Source of the DNA: an uncultured Gammaproteobacteria bacterium | GTDB lineage: Bacteria; Patescibacteriota; Patescibacteriia; Magasanikbacterales; GWA2-37-8 | Length of the DNA: 64,000 nucleotides | NCBI GenBank assembly: GCA_964533715.1 | Contig: CAZHNI010000004.1 | Location: forward strand, 13,741-77,740 | Direction: 5' to 3' | Shown: positions 38,991 through 47,931 of the stretch, one piece after another | How the letters are laid out: each line of letters begins with the position of its first letter | Numbering within the stretch: position 1 is the first letter of the stretch | Position numbers and translations under genes: made by a program | Notes under the pieces: generated by a model | Database searches by the model: none | What the model was told of the DNA's origin: nothing | Seen by the model: the letters and a program-made list of their open reading frames with translations, nothing else

Positions 38991-39433
38991 TTTTTTCCAC
39001 GGATATTCACGGATTTTGTATGAGCGAAGAAGGGCTTGTTTTTAAAGAGATAACTCATGAGCTTATCGGTTGCGCCTACACTGTATTTAATGAGCTAAAG
39101 TTTGGCTACAGCGAAAAATATTATCAACGCGCTTACGCTCTTGAACTCCAGAAAAAAGCCCGTTCTTTTGTACGAGAGTTTCCAGTTCCTATTGCGTATC
39201 AAGGATGTTCGATCGGAAGATATATGCTTGATTTTCTGATTGATAACAAGATTATTGTTGAGTTTAAAGTTGGAAATGATTTTTCTCTGCAACATGTAGC
39301 GCAAGTTCTTGGATATCTCAAGGCTCTTAACAAAAAATTGGCGTTGATTATTCTGTTTTCTCCACACGGTGTAAAAGTTAAACGAATAATCAATTGATCG
39401 AATCCGTGTAAATCAGTGTAAAAGATCCGTGGT
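38981..39433. repeat. inverted-repeat-bounded cassette carrying a GxxExxY gene
   Basis: The left arm is CCACGGATTTTTTCCACGGATATTCACGGATT (38984-39016). The right arm is AATCCGTGTAAATCAGTGTAAAAGATCCGTGG (39401-39432), the imperfect reverse complement. The cassette lies between the promoter/MraZ boxes and the mraZ ATG. Confidence 0.5.
39020..39397 (+). CDS. GxxExxY protein (PD-(D/E)XK nuclease-like fold family)
   Basis: HELIGCAYTVFNELKFGYSEKYYQRAYALEL...FLIDNKIIVEFK matches the GxxExxY family. The ORF track starts at a GTG at 38975; an ATG at 39020 is also possible. Confidence 0.75.
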   Translation: MSEEGLVFKEITHELIGCAYTVFNELKFGYSEKYYQRAYALELQKKARSFVREFPVPIAYQGCSIGRYMLDFLIDNKIIVEFKVGNDFSLQHVAQVLGYLKALNKKLALIILFSPHGVKVKRIIN

Positions 39434-39435
39434 CT

Positions 39436-39867
39436 ATGTTTATTGGCGAATATTCTCACAATCTTGATGACAAAGGTCGGCTGGCAATTCCGGCCAAGTT
39501 TCGCGCCGCGCTCAAAAAAGGCGCAGTAGTCACTCGCGGTCTTGATAGTTGTTTGTTTTTGTACACCAAAGCTGAGTGGGAAAAACTCGCCGAAAAATTG
39601 GCCTCGCTCCCCATTAGCCAAGCCAACAGTCGAGCATTTGCTCGTCTTATGCTGGCTGGTGCTATGGATGTGGAAATGGATAAACAGGGGCGAGCAATTC
39701 TCCCTGAGTATCTCCGAAAATTTGCGAATCTCACTAAGTCCGTTGTGGTTGCCGGTCTTTACAATCGATTAGAAATCTGGGATTCAGAAAAATGGAACGT
39801 GTATAAAAGCCAAACCGAAAGTGAGAGCGGCGCCATTGCCGAACGTATGGCAGAACTTGGAGTGTAG
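39436..39867 (+). CDS. mraZ: transcriptional regulator MraZ
   Basis: MFIGEYSHNLDDKGRLAIPAKFR with duplicated SpoVT/AbrB-like halves. Confidence 0.9.
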   Translation: MFIGEYSHNLDDKGRLAIPAKFRAALKKGAVVTRGLDSCLFLYTKAEWEKLAEKLASLPISQANSRAFARLMLAGAMDVEMDKQGRAILPEYLRKFANLTKSVVVAGLYNRLEIWDSEKWNVYKSQTESESGAIAERMAELGV

Positions 39868-39942
39868 TTCATTAAAACACAAGAACACAAGAACATTAAA
39901 ACAATTGTTTTTTATGTTTTTATGTTTTAGTGTTTTTATGAT

Positions 39943-40956
39943 ATGCGCCACGTTCCAGTTCTACTTAATGAAGTAATTGCTGCCTTAGAGCCAAAATCTG
40001 GGATGAATTTTGTTGATTGTACTCTAGGCGATGGCGGTCATGCTGAAGCTATTTTGGAAAAAATAGCCCCGAGTGGAAAGTTGCTTGGAATCGACGCCGA
40101 TCCAGAATCACTCCTTCGCGCTAAACAATATTTGTACCGTTTTGGAGAGCGTGCTATGTATGTCCGCGATAATTTCGTACACATGAAAAAAATTGTTGCT
40201 GAAAACAATTTTGGTCATGTTGACGGAATACTTATGGATTTAGGTTGGTCAAGTCCGCAGTTTGCGGAACGGGGGAGAGGGTTTAGTTTCGAGAAGGATG
40301 AAAAATTAGACATGCGGTACGACCCCAACTGTCATTCTGAGGGAGGAACGACCGAAGAATCTCTGGCTCATTTGGAGAACGGGCAGAGATCCTTAATTCC
40401 GCTCAGGATGACATGTGAAACAGCTGCGGAGATAGTGAACGGTTATTCTGAAACAGAACTAAATCACATTTTTAAAACGTACGGTGAAGAAAAATTGTAC
40501 AAAGAAATTGCCGAAGCGATTGTTGCTACAAGGAACAAGGAACAAGGAACAAATAACAAAATCGAAACGACAAAACAATTAGTGGATATTATTTTGGAAG
40601 TTTACCGTAACAAATTAAATAGCACTAAAGAAATTCCCTGGATTGGTGGAATTCACCCGGCCACCAAGGTGTTTCAAGCTCTCCGCATTGAGGTTAACCA
40701 GGAATTAGCTGTTTTAAAAGAAGTTTTACCGCAATTAGTTGAAATTCTTTCTCCCGGTGGCCGTTTAGCAGTTATAACTTTCCACTCGTTGGAAGACAGA
40801 ACAGTAAAACAGTTTTTTCAAACAATAGCACATAAACAAATAAAATTAATTAATAAAAAACCGCTCACCGCAAGCGCAAAAGAATTAGCGGACAATTCAC
40901 GATCGAGAAGCGCAAAATTGCGAGTAGTGGAAAAAATAAATGAAAATAAAAATTAA
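39943..40956 (+). CDS. rsmH: 16S rRNA (cytosine1402-N4)-methyltransferase RsmH, with an in-frame ~29-aa palindromic-element insertion
   Basis: VPVLLNEV, DCTLGDGGHA, the FSF...LDMRYDP motif and TFHSLEDR are present. Residues ~129-158 (NCHSEGGTTEESLAHLENGQRSLIPLRMTC) are encoded by a repeat copy. Confidence 0.9.
   Translation: MRHVPVLLNEVIAALEPKSGMNFVDCTLGDGGHAEAILEKIAPSGKLLGIDADPESLLRAKQYLYRFGERAMYVRDNFVHMKKIVAENNFGHVDGILMDLGWSSPQFAERGRGFSFEKDEKLDMRYDPNCHSEGGTTEESLAHLENGQRSLIPLRMTCETAAEIVNGYSETELNHIFKTYGEEKLYKEIAEAIVATRNKEQGTNNKIETTKQLVDIILEVYRNKLNSTKEIPWIGGIHPATKVFQALRIEVNQELAVLKEVLPQLVEILSPGGRLAVITFHSLEDRTVKQFFQTIAHKQIKLINKKPLTASAKELADNSRSRSAKLRVVEKINENKN
40329..40414. repeat. palindromic mini-element (copy 5) inserted in-frame within rsmH
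   Basis: ACTGTCATTCTGAGGGAGGAACGACCGAAGAATCTCTGGC...GGGCAGAGATCC...GCTCAGGATGACATGT, about 85 percent identical to the copy at 25696. There is no stop codon in the rsmH frame. Confidence 0.85.
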
Positions 40957-41329
40957 TAATACAAACCATATGTTGCTCGTGAGAAATATCAAAAATAAAG
41001 TACGCTCAATTTCGACCAAAGTTTCATCTTTCGAACTTCCCGATTTTCTTACGGGGATTGTAGCTCGCGTTGTTCTCTCGGCATTTTTTCTTATTCTCGC
41101 GGGAGCATATATAATTGGCACCAATAATCTTTCTACCAGTGGATACGAAATTCACACCCTCGAACAACAAGTGGCGTCCTTAAATACAGAGGTTGAGCGA
41201 CTCAGCACCTCTTTGGCTGGTGCACAATCTATGGCCAGTATCCAAAAACGTTTGCCCGAAACAAAAATGGTAGCTGTTGCCAATGCCAAGTATATAAAAA
41301 TTGTACCAGTAGTTGTGGCGGAACGCTAA
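40940..41329 (+). CDS. ftsL: FtsL-like cell division protein (single TM + coiled coil)
   Basis: Its position after rsmH, its TM helix (VVLSAFFLILAGAYIIG) and a periplasmic coiled coil fit FtsL. Confidence 0.5.
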   Translation: MKIKINNTNHMLLVRNIKNKVRSISTKVSSFELPDFLTGIVARVVLSAFFLILAGAYIIGTNNLSTSGYEIHTLEQQVASLNTEVERLSTSLAGAQSMASIQKRLPETKMVAVANAKYIKIVPVVVAER

Positions 41330-41395
41330 AAATTAATAAAATTTTAGGTGCAACACCTTAATTTAGTATTTTACCGTATTATTAATTATAAAATT

Positions 41396-41421
41396 GGCTA
41401 TAACTAGCCTTTTTTTAATTA
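41396..41421 (+). terminator. intrinsic terminator GGCTA-TAACT-TAGCC + T7
   Basis: Hairpin plus T-run after ftsL, ending the short dcw head. Confidence 0.55.
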
Positions 41422-41459
41422 TTTTATGAAGAGACAAAGCTGCGCTTGATTGATTTTTA

Positions 41460-41921
41460 TTAATGAATTGAGGAGAGAATTGTTTGTTCTAATTTATTTG
41501 GTTCATCTGTGCCTATTCGGTGCGTTGTGCCATTTTTTAGTTTTATTTCCACCGCCTCAAAACCAGAGACATTGTAAATCCAGCGTTTGGGCCAGAGAGA
41601 CAATCGTACGCCCCAACCGCAGTACCAATGATTTTTTACGCTTTTCGCTGTGGTGATTTCGGTTAAAGGAAATTTTTTACGAAAAATGCCATAGCCAAAT
41701 TTGATACGTAAGTATTTTTCATCAATAGTTACTTGAAGTGATACAAACGAAGCCAGAACGAAGACTATTAATGTCATTATGGTAGTAATGGCAAAATTTG
41801 TGCCGGAGTTTGGCGAGGGTGGCTCCATTCTGGCGGTAATTTGTAGCCAAGCAAAAAGTGCCAGTACAGCCAGCGTAATAACTATCATTAGGTAGCCAAT
41901 TTGTGTGTGTTTGTAATTCAT
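41460..41921 (-). CDS. membrane protein with bacterial PH-like domain (2 TM + soluble domain)
   Basis: Topology only. Confidence 0.35.
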   Translation of the reverse strand: MNYKHTQIGYLMIVITLAVLALFAWLQITARMEPPSPNSGTNFAITTIMTLIVFVLASFVSLQVTIDEKYLRIKFGYGIFRKKFPLTEITTAKSVKNHWYCGWGVRLSLWPKRWIYNVSGFEAVEIKLKNGTTHRIGTDEPNKLEQTILSSIH

Positions 41922-42027
41922 ACAATTGTAGTTTCCTAGTTATCGTGTTTTTTTCGGTTCCTTCTCTCTTTGAGCAGAGGCCTAATTTTGGTAAACCGAA
42001 CCCTTATTTCAAGAATAGTCAACTTTT

Positions 42028-43353
42028 TTATTTTTCTTTTAAATATTGATATAAAGCTATGGCCAATTCACTCCGAGTGAGTTTTTTGGCTGGCTGAAGA
42101 GAGATGGTGTCTCGCCCCGGGAATAAGAGATATTTTTCTACAATTCCGGCGTAGTTGGACATTGCAGAATTAGCCGGAATGTCGGTATAGTTGTATGAAA
42201 GTTTATTTGGTAAATTTTCCACTTTAGCTAACATTACCAAAAAATCGATTGTGTTAATTTGATCGTTCGGACGTGGTGCTAATCCTAATCCCGCGCCCTT
42301 TATGTGAAGTGATAGCAAGTTAGAAGCTTTAACGTTCTTTATTGTGCTCACAGAAATACCATTGTGTAAAGTTATGAGCATGCTAGCAAGCTCTTCGCGT
42401 GTCACTTTTTCTGATCCTTTAAATTCGCCATTTGGTTTAGCGGTTATCACACCACGACGAAATAATTCAGCGGCGGCTTTGCCTTCATTTGTCTGTAGAT
42501 CGATATCCGGAAATGGAGACACAAATTTGCTAAAATCGGAAAGCACGGTTTCGCCTTGGGTGGCAGTTGGCAAAACACTCAAAGTTTTCGATAGAAACTC
42601 TCTTTCTGCGGCATATATGCGCGCTTCGAGTGGTGCAAAATAAGTATCGTAATAATATTGTATCTGCTGTTTTTTGGTGGCTTTATTTAATCCCAGCTTC
42701 AGCGCGCCATTTAAGGTTTTGGCAATAATATTTTTATAAGAGAAAATGCAAGTGACAAATCGATACTGATTATAGGCGTTGCCATCGCCGCATATCAAAA
42801 TTTTATTTGGCGTTTTTATTTGAATATATGGAATTTCTGGGGCATTTGCCATATAATTTGGCGATTCTGGGTCTAACATGTCCTGGGCGCTTTGGATGGA
42901 ATTGATTTTTGAAACAGCATAATTAGTAACAGTATTTAACCAATATTTTTTTTCTTTGGCTATTGGATTTTTGTTATATTTTGGACAAGGGTGTCCATAA
43001 CCATCTGGTCCAGCAGCCGAGTAGGAGTTTTGTATATAACTTTCAATGCTAGTAATACCGTCAATCCGTTCCGACTCTGGCTTTAAGAGGGCATTATAAT
43101 AAAAATTGAGTTCGTCAAAAAGAATTTTTTCCGTACCTATAAAAGTACAGGCGGGGAAAGCAACGGTTTTGATGTCAATATTTATGGAGCCGTCATCAGC
43201 CACAGTAAGTGAGTCTGCTTTGGCTGTCTTGGAACCAAAAATCACAGTTAGTGATATTGTGGTTATTAAAGTTATCAATAAATATTTTTTCATATTAGAC
43301 TGCATATAATTAGTTATCGGAAGTAAATAATTGTTTTTTTGTTTTTTCGCCAA
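42028..43353 (-). CDS. secreted protein with C-terminal SLH-like repeats
   Basis: Has a signal peptide. VTREELASMLITL and LTRSELAIALYQYL resemble S-layer homology motifs. Confidence 0.4.
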   Translation of the reverse strand: MAKKQKNNYLLPITNYMQSNMKKYLLITLITTISLTVIFGSKTAKADSLTVADDGSINIDIKTVAFPACTFIGTEKILFDELNFYYNALLKPESERIDGITSIESYIQNSYSAAGPDGYGHPCPKYNKNPIAKEKKYWLNTVTNYAVSKINSIQSAQDMLDPESPNYMANAPEIPYIQIKTPNKILICGDGNAYNQYRFVTCIFSYKNIIAKTLNGALKLGLNKATKKQQIQYYYDTYFAPLEARIYAAEREFLSKTLSVLPTATQGETVLSDFSKFVSPFPDIDLQTNEGKAAAELFRRGVITAKPNGEFKGSEKVTREELASMLITLHNGISVSTIKNVKASNLLSLHIKGAGLGLAPRPNDQINTIDFLVMLAKVENLPNKLSYNYTDIPANSAMSNYAGIVEKYLLFPGRDTISLQPAKKLTRSELAIALYQYLKEK

Positions 43354-43372
43354 TCAATATGTATGTATCTAT

Positions 43373-44131
43373 TTAAGCATTTTTACACCATGCACAATCT
43401 TGCTTGTGTAATAAATTTTCAACGTAATCTGTCTTCCTTTTTTCTTCATCATCTTCATGTTCAATCAGCCTTTTGATCGTATCAATAATCCGTTTTCCAA
43501 CTATTGGTGCGTTTTTTAGTAAATTTGTATAAGAATATCTGCTTGATAGCAGGTGATGTATTAAATGATTTCTGTATTTATAAAATTTTTGAATTTCTTT
43601 CGGTAAATCATAGGCAGTCCATAAATTTTTATCTGTATGTTTTAAAATTGCATCAGCGACACTTCCGAGCGTCATTCCACTCACATCAAATAAGAAATAT
43701 GGATTAAAAATTACATCTTCCTTTTTCTGTATCTTATCTGAAATTTTTTTACGTTCATTAAATTTGTTATTTAGATATTTTTTTGCTTTTTTAATTTTCC
43801 AATTATTATATCTACAAACGTTATCTAAAATCCCATCCATTATTTTTTCAGTATCCATTTTATTTTTTTTGTACAAAACACTCAAAAGGTGGCATGTAAG
43901 TTGCTCAATTAATAGACTTTCATTAAATATTTGATATTCCAGCCAAAAATTCCTCATCATTTTATTTACTACCTTTTTATCAGAATGCTGTTTTAGTCTG
44001 TATTCCAAATCAATAAAGCCCGCTGCCTCCAAAATGTTTTGGGCGTTGAAATATCTGGTAAAACCAAGACAAAATTTATTGTCACTGTGTTTGCCGCCAA
44101 TTTTTTTAACTCTGAGCACAAGATTCCACAC
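43373..44131 (-). CDS. hypothetical protein with a HEPN-like R-N-x3-H motif (KYRNHLIHH), in an AT-rich islet
   Basis: Very AT-rich, K-rich protein with a C-terminal RNHLIH motif typical of HEPN RNase or Abi-type proteins. Family assignment is uncertain. Confidence 0.3.
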   Translation of the reverse strand: MWNLVLRVKKIGGKHSDNKFCLGFTRYFNAQNILEAAGFIDLEYRLKQHSDKKVVNKMMRNFWLEYQIFNESLLIEQLTCHLLSVLYKKNKMDTEKIMDGILDNVCRYNNWKIKKAKKYLNNKFNERKKISDKIQKKEDVIFNPYFLFDVSGMTLGSVADAILKHTDKNLWTAYDLPKEIQKFYKYRNHLIHHLLSSRYSYTNLLKNAPIVGKRIIDTIKRLIEHEDDEEKRKTDYVENLLHKQDCAWCKNA

Positions 44132-44296
44132 TATAATTAAGTAAAATTTGTCACATTGTAATCACCGATCACAAAAACAATTATTTATTTCAGCTACTTA
44201 TATCCCAACTAGTGTTTAAATTAGCTAAAATATAATAAAATTTTTTTATAAATGGGGTTATAGCCATTGGGTGGGGTATAACCGTCGTTGTGGATT

Positions 44297-44319
44297 CCCG
44301 TTTTCACGGGAATGACAGT
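44297..44319. repeat. terminal fragment of the palindromic element (CCCGTTTTCACGGGAATGACAGT)
   Basis: Matches the right-arm consensus (GGAATGACAGT) with a short hairpin and has no left arm. Confidence 0.5.
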
Positions 44320-44397
44320 TTTATAGTAGCAAAGAATATACAGCGAGGTAATACATGTTGTTGACACGCTCTGTTCCGGTAGTATAATATAATCATT

Positions 44398-44712
44398 ATG
44401 GATGAAATCATAAAAAAACTCAAGGAGCAAGACAGTAGGTTTGACCAGCTTGATAAGCAGGTTGATTTGCTTGCTCGTACTGCTGTTGCTCACACGGAGC
44501 GGCTGGATCGGATTGAGGACAAGCTCGACGGTATGGTGACTAAAGGGGATAACCAGAAAGTAATGAATACCTTGGATGAGATTTTGAAATTGGCAAAGAA
44601 AAAGGATGAAGAGTTAACAGTACTAGTACATAATTTGAAACGAATGGATGATAAGGTTGAAAAACATGATAAAGATATAAAACAAATGAAACCTGCCCTT
44701 GGGTTAAGTTAA
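44398..44712 (+). CDS. hypothetical coiled-coil protein
   Basis: A strong TTGACA/TATAAT promoter lies at ~44355-44388. The protein is charged and helical. Confidence 0.4.
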   Translation: MDEIIKKLKEQDSRFDQLDKQVDLLARTAVAHTERLDRIEDKLDGMVTKGDNQKVMNTLDEILKLAKKKDEELTVLVHNLKRMDDKVEKHDKDIKQMKPALGLS

Positions 44713-44811
44713 TTTTTTCAAAAAACAAGCCGCTCCGTGTGGGTGGTTTTTTGTTTGGTTTAAAATATGGTATAATATTTACACACCTTTATTTGTAAGG
44801 AGTAAATTTGT

Positions 44812-45165
44812 ATGTTGGTTTTGCAGAGGATATTGTGGGAAGCGTTAATTGACATTTTCTATTTTCCGCTTTGGTGGTACGCCGGCGGTGCCAAGCACGC
44901 TTTGTTTTGGTGTGCAGGGTTATTTAAGCGCGGCAACCAGGCTTTGGGCCCTGGGCTTTGGCTTAAAAATATTTTTGTCCCCATGTACGGGCAATTTGAC
45001 TGGCAAGGGAGGCTAATTAGTTTTTTTATACGCCTCGTCAATGTTTTGGGGCGGTATTTTGCGCTTGTGGTATGGTTTGCCGTTGTCGGTTTTATTTTTT
45101 TATTGTGGCTTATTTTCCCGGGAATCGTTTGTTACGGGCTCATTAGATCTTTTACCAAAATATAA
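44812..45165 (+). CDS. hypothetical membrane protein
   Basis: Has 3 TM helices and ends 4 nt before the Clp-like ATPase gene. Confidence 0.4.
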   Translation: MLVLQRILWEALIDIFYFPLWWYAGGAKHALFWCAGLFKRGNQALGPGLWLKNIFVPMYGQFDWQGRLISFFIRLVNVLGRYFALVVWFAVVGFIFLLWLIFPGIVCYGLIRSFTKI

Positions 45166-45168
45166 TTT

Positions 45169-47931
45169 ATGCTTTTTGAACCAAGCAAGCCAATTCCGCT
45201 TCTTGTGTGTGAACACTGCCACGGCAGTGGTGTGTTGCTCTGGGGCCGATGCGGAGAATGCGGCGGCATGGCCATGGGGTATGGTAAGCGCAATCATTGG
45301 ATTTTTTGGCAGTATCCTCTTACACGCTCTCATCTTGCCCTGGAGCGAGGCAGGCGAATATTTAATCGTGTTCGTAGAATTACCACAGGCCTCCTGGGGC
45401 TCAATTTTTGGGTCTGGGCGCTTTGGTTTGGGTACCAGGGCGGGCTTCACCGCGATGCTCTAGTTTTGGTTAATGGACGTCTGCCCGCGCCCAGTGAAAA
45501 AAGTCTCTACCAGGCGCTTTTGTTATTTTTGCTTGGGGTAGTTTGTTTTTCGTATTTATTATATCGAAAAATAACAGAAAAACGCTCTCTTGCCGCGGTT
45601 GAGCATCATGATTACAAAGAAACCGGAGCAAGCGGAGTAATTGTTCCCGCAAATTGGGCGGAAGCAAAACGAACTCAAAGACGTCTGCGAAAAAATATTG
45701 CTGCCTCTTTTACCGATGAGGCTTTAAAAGTTTTTGACACCGCGTATCGAATTGGCGAGAAAGAAAATCTCCGCACGGTTACGCCCCTTCTTATATTTCG
45801 TAGTCTTTTAAAATCAGATCACATTGCCGGCATATTTATTCGTTTCGGCATCCCGCTTTCAATTGTTGAGAAAAAAATTGCTCCGCTTGCTCAGAGTACC
45901 AGTGTCAAAGATAGTGAGCTCGAAGTGCAAAACGATGTTCAACAAATACTTTTTCAATCATATGAAGAAGCGTACGATTCTCATCAGGAATATGTAAGTG
46001 TAACCGAAATACTGTTGGCCGTTGTACGGCAGTCGCCCGCCCTCCAGGATGTTTTGTATGATTTTGGTATCGATAAACAAAAATTAACCAACGTGGTTGA
46101 ATGGGTTCGTATTCGCGAACGGTTGTATCGACAATATGTACAATTCCGCCATGCGGCCAGTCACCGTTCCAAATATGGCATGGATAAAGCCATGACCGCT
46201 GTAGCCACTCCGTATCTTAATAAATTTAGTGATGATGTTACCATGCTCGCACAATTTGGCCACACCAGTCCAGCGGTGGCTCGCGATAAAGAGCTAGCCG
46301 AAATATTCCGCGTAGTCGAAGGTGGCCAAAACAATGTTATTTTGGTTGGTGATTATGGTGTTGGTAAAAAAAGTATTGTAGAAGGCATTGCCGAGCGCAT
46401 GGTAGAAGATGACGTTCCCGATAGACTTAAAGATAAAAGATTAGTTAGGCTCAGCGTACCTTCTCTTTTGGCTGGCACTACCCCCTCGGGAGCGGTGGAG
46501 AGGCTTATTACTATCATGAATGAAATTGCTCATGCCAGAAATATTATTTTATTAATCCACAATATTCAGGAGCTCATTGGTGTGTCGGCCGGCGCGCAAG
46601 GCGACAGTTTGGACGTGGCTGGAACGCTTGCCGACTTTCTTTCCGGCGGTCGGTTTATGACTATTGCCACGACCACGGTAGAGGCTCACACGCACTATAT
46701 TGCCAATTCTAAATTAAGCGCTGTTTTTAGCAAGGTAGAAATTGCCGAAATGTCCGAAGACCAAGCTATCCAGGTGGTAGAATCAAAAATTGGGTATATC
46801 GAATATAAACACAAGGTATTTTTTTCGTATGATGCCATTGCTAAAGCGGTAAAATTATCTAAGCAATTTATTCATGAGACGGTGCTTCCAGGCAGCGCAC
46901 TTGAAATAGTAAGCGAAGCCGCCAGTTTTACCTATAATAAAAAAGGTAAAAATTCGCTCGTCGGCTCCGATGAAGTAGCGGCGGTAGTGGCCGAAAAAAC
47001 AAAAATTCCTGTTACCACTGTTTCCGCCGATGAAACCACCAAACTCCTGCATCTTGAAGAAGCTATGCATCAGCGTGTTATTGGTCAAGATGAAGCGGTA
47101 AGCTTGGTGGCTAATTCACTGCGCCGGGCCCGCGCGCAAATTCGTTCCACCACCAAACCAATTGCCAATTTTCTATTTTTGGGTCCAACTGGTGTGGGTA
47201 AAACCGAACTTACCAAAACTATTGCCGAAGTCTATTTTGGCGGCGAAGAGCGCATGATCCGCCTTGATATGAGTGAATATCAAGATAAATCAAGTATACA
47301 CCGCCTCATTGGGTCTCCGGGCGAAAAGGGGAGTGGTGTTTTAACCGAAGCTGTCCGCCGCAGTCCATTTGCACTGGTGCTCTTAGATGAAATTGAAAAA
47401 GCCGATAAAGACATTCTTAATTTATTTTTGCAGGTAATGGACGATGGTCGTTTGTCCGACAGCACTGGCCGCGTGGTAGATTTTACCAATATTATTCTTA
47501 TTGCTACCTCAAATGCCGGCACTGCCTACGTTGGAGAGCAAATTAAAAACGGTCTTTCTTCCGATATTATTAAAGATCGTTTGCTCCACGGAGAGTTAAA
47601 AGATTATTTCCGCCCGGAATTTTTAAACCGGTTTGATGGTATCGTTCTGTTTAAACCACTCAGCCAAGCCGACATAAAACAAGTCGCTGGCCTTCTTTTA
47701 AAACGTGTCGCACGTGATTTGGAACAAAAAGGCATTGGGCTAGAAGTAACCGACGCCGCGCTGGAGTATTTTGCCGGCATTGGGTTTGACCCGGAATTCG
47801 GGGCCCGTCCTATGCGGCGTGTTATTCAGGAACGAGTGGAAAACGAGCTTGCTGAACTTCTGTTAGCGCAAAAATTACAACGTCGCAGCACGGTGGTTAT
47901 AGGTAAGGAGGGTAAGCTGGATGTCAAATAA
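45169..47931 (+). CDS. membrane-anchored Hsp100/Clp-family AAA+ ATPase with N-terminal zinc ribbon and degenerate D1
   Basis: Has an N-terminal CxxC...CxxC ribbon (CEHCHGSG...CGECGG), 2 TM helices and Clp_N-like repeats. D1 is GDYGVGKKS/ILLIHNIQ, where canonical is GEPGVGKTA/ILFIDELH. D2 is canonical (FLFLGPTGVGKTELTK, LLDEIEKA). Confidence 0.75.
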   Translation: MLFEPSKPIPLLVCEHCHGSGVLLWGRCGECGGMAMGYGKRNHWIFWQYPLTRSHLALERGRRIFNRVRRITTGLLGLNFWVWALWFGYQGGLHRDALVLVNGRLPAPSEKSLYQALLLFLLGVVCFSYLLYRKITEKRSLAAVEHHDYKETGASGVIVPANWAEAKRTQRRLRKNIAASFTDEALKVFDTAYRIGEKENLRTVTPLLIFRSLLKSDHIAGIFIRFGIPLSIVEKKIAPLAQSTSVKDSELEVQNDVQQILFQSYEEAYDSHQEYVSVTEILLAVVRQSPALQDVLYDFGIDKQKLTNVVEWVRIRERLYRQYVQFRHAASHRSKYGMDKAMTAVATPYLNKFSDDVTMLAQFGHTSPAVARDKELAEIFRVVEGGQNNVILVGDYGVGKKSIVEGIAERMVEDDVPDRLKDKRLVRLSVPSLLAGTTPSGAVERLITIMNEIAHARNIILLIHNIQELIGVSAGAQGDSLDVAGTLADFLSGGRFMTIATTTVEAHTHYIANSKLSAVFSKVEIAEMSEDQAIQVVESKIGYIEYKHKVFFSYDAIAKAVKLSKQFIHETVLPGSALEIVSEAASFTYNKKGKNSLVGSDEVAAVVAEKTKIPVTTVSADETTKLLHLEEAMHQRVIGQDEAVSLVANSLRRARAQIRSTTKPIANFLFLGPTGVGKTELTKTIAEVYFGGEERMIRLDMSEYQDKSSIHRLIGSPGEKGSGVLTEAVRRSPFALVLLDEIEKADKDILNLFLQVMDDGRLSDSTGRVVDFTNIILIATSNAGTAYVGEQIKNGLSSDIIKDRLLHGELKDYFRPEFLNRFDGIVLFKPLSQADIKQVAGLLLKRVARDLEQKGIGLEVTDAALEYFAGIGFDPEFGARPMRRVIQERVENELAELLLAQKLQRRSTVVIGKEGKLDVK

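Noticed and set aside
39868-39942. Tandem or mirror repeats (ACACAAGAAC x2, TGTTTTTATG x3, palindrome AAAACAATTGTTTT) between mraZ and rsmH
   Set aside because: Low-complexity AT-rich spacer with a possible weak attenuator hairpin. There is no evidence of a discrete element.
44240-44330. tRNA-like fragment (GGGGTTATAGCC...GGGGTATAACC ... CCCGTTTTCACGGG)
   Set aside because: There is no T-loop GTTCGAATC-type motif or cloverleaf. The 3' part is explained as a palindromic-element end fragment.
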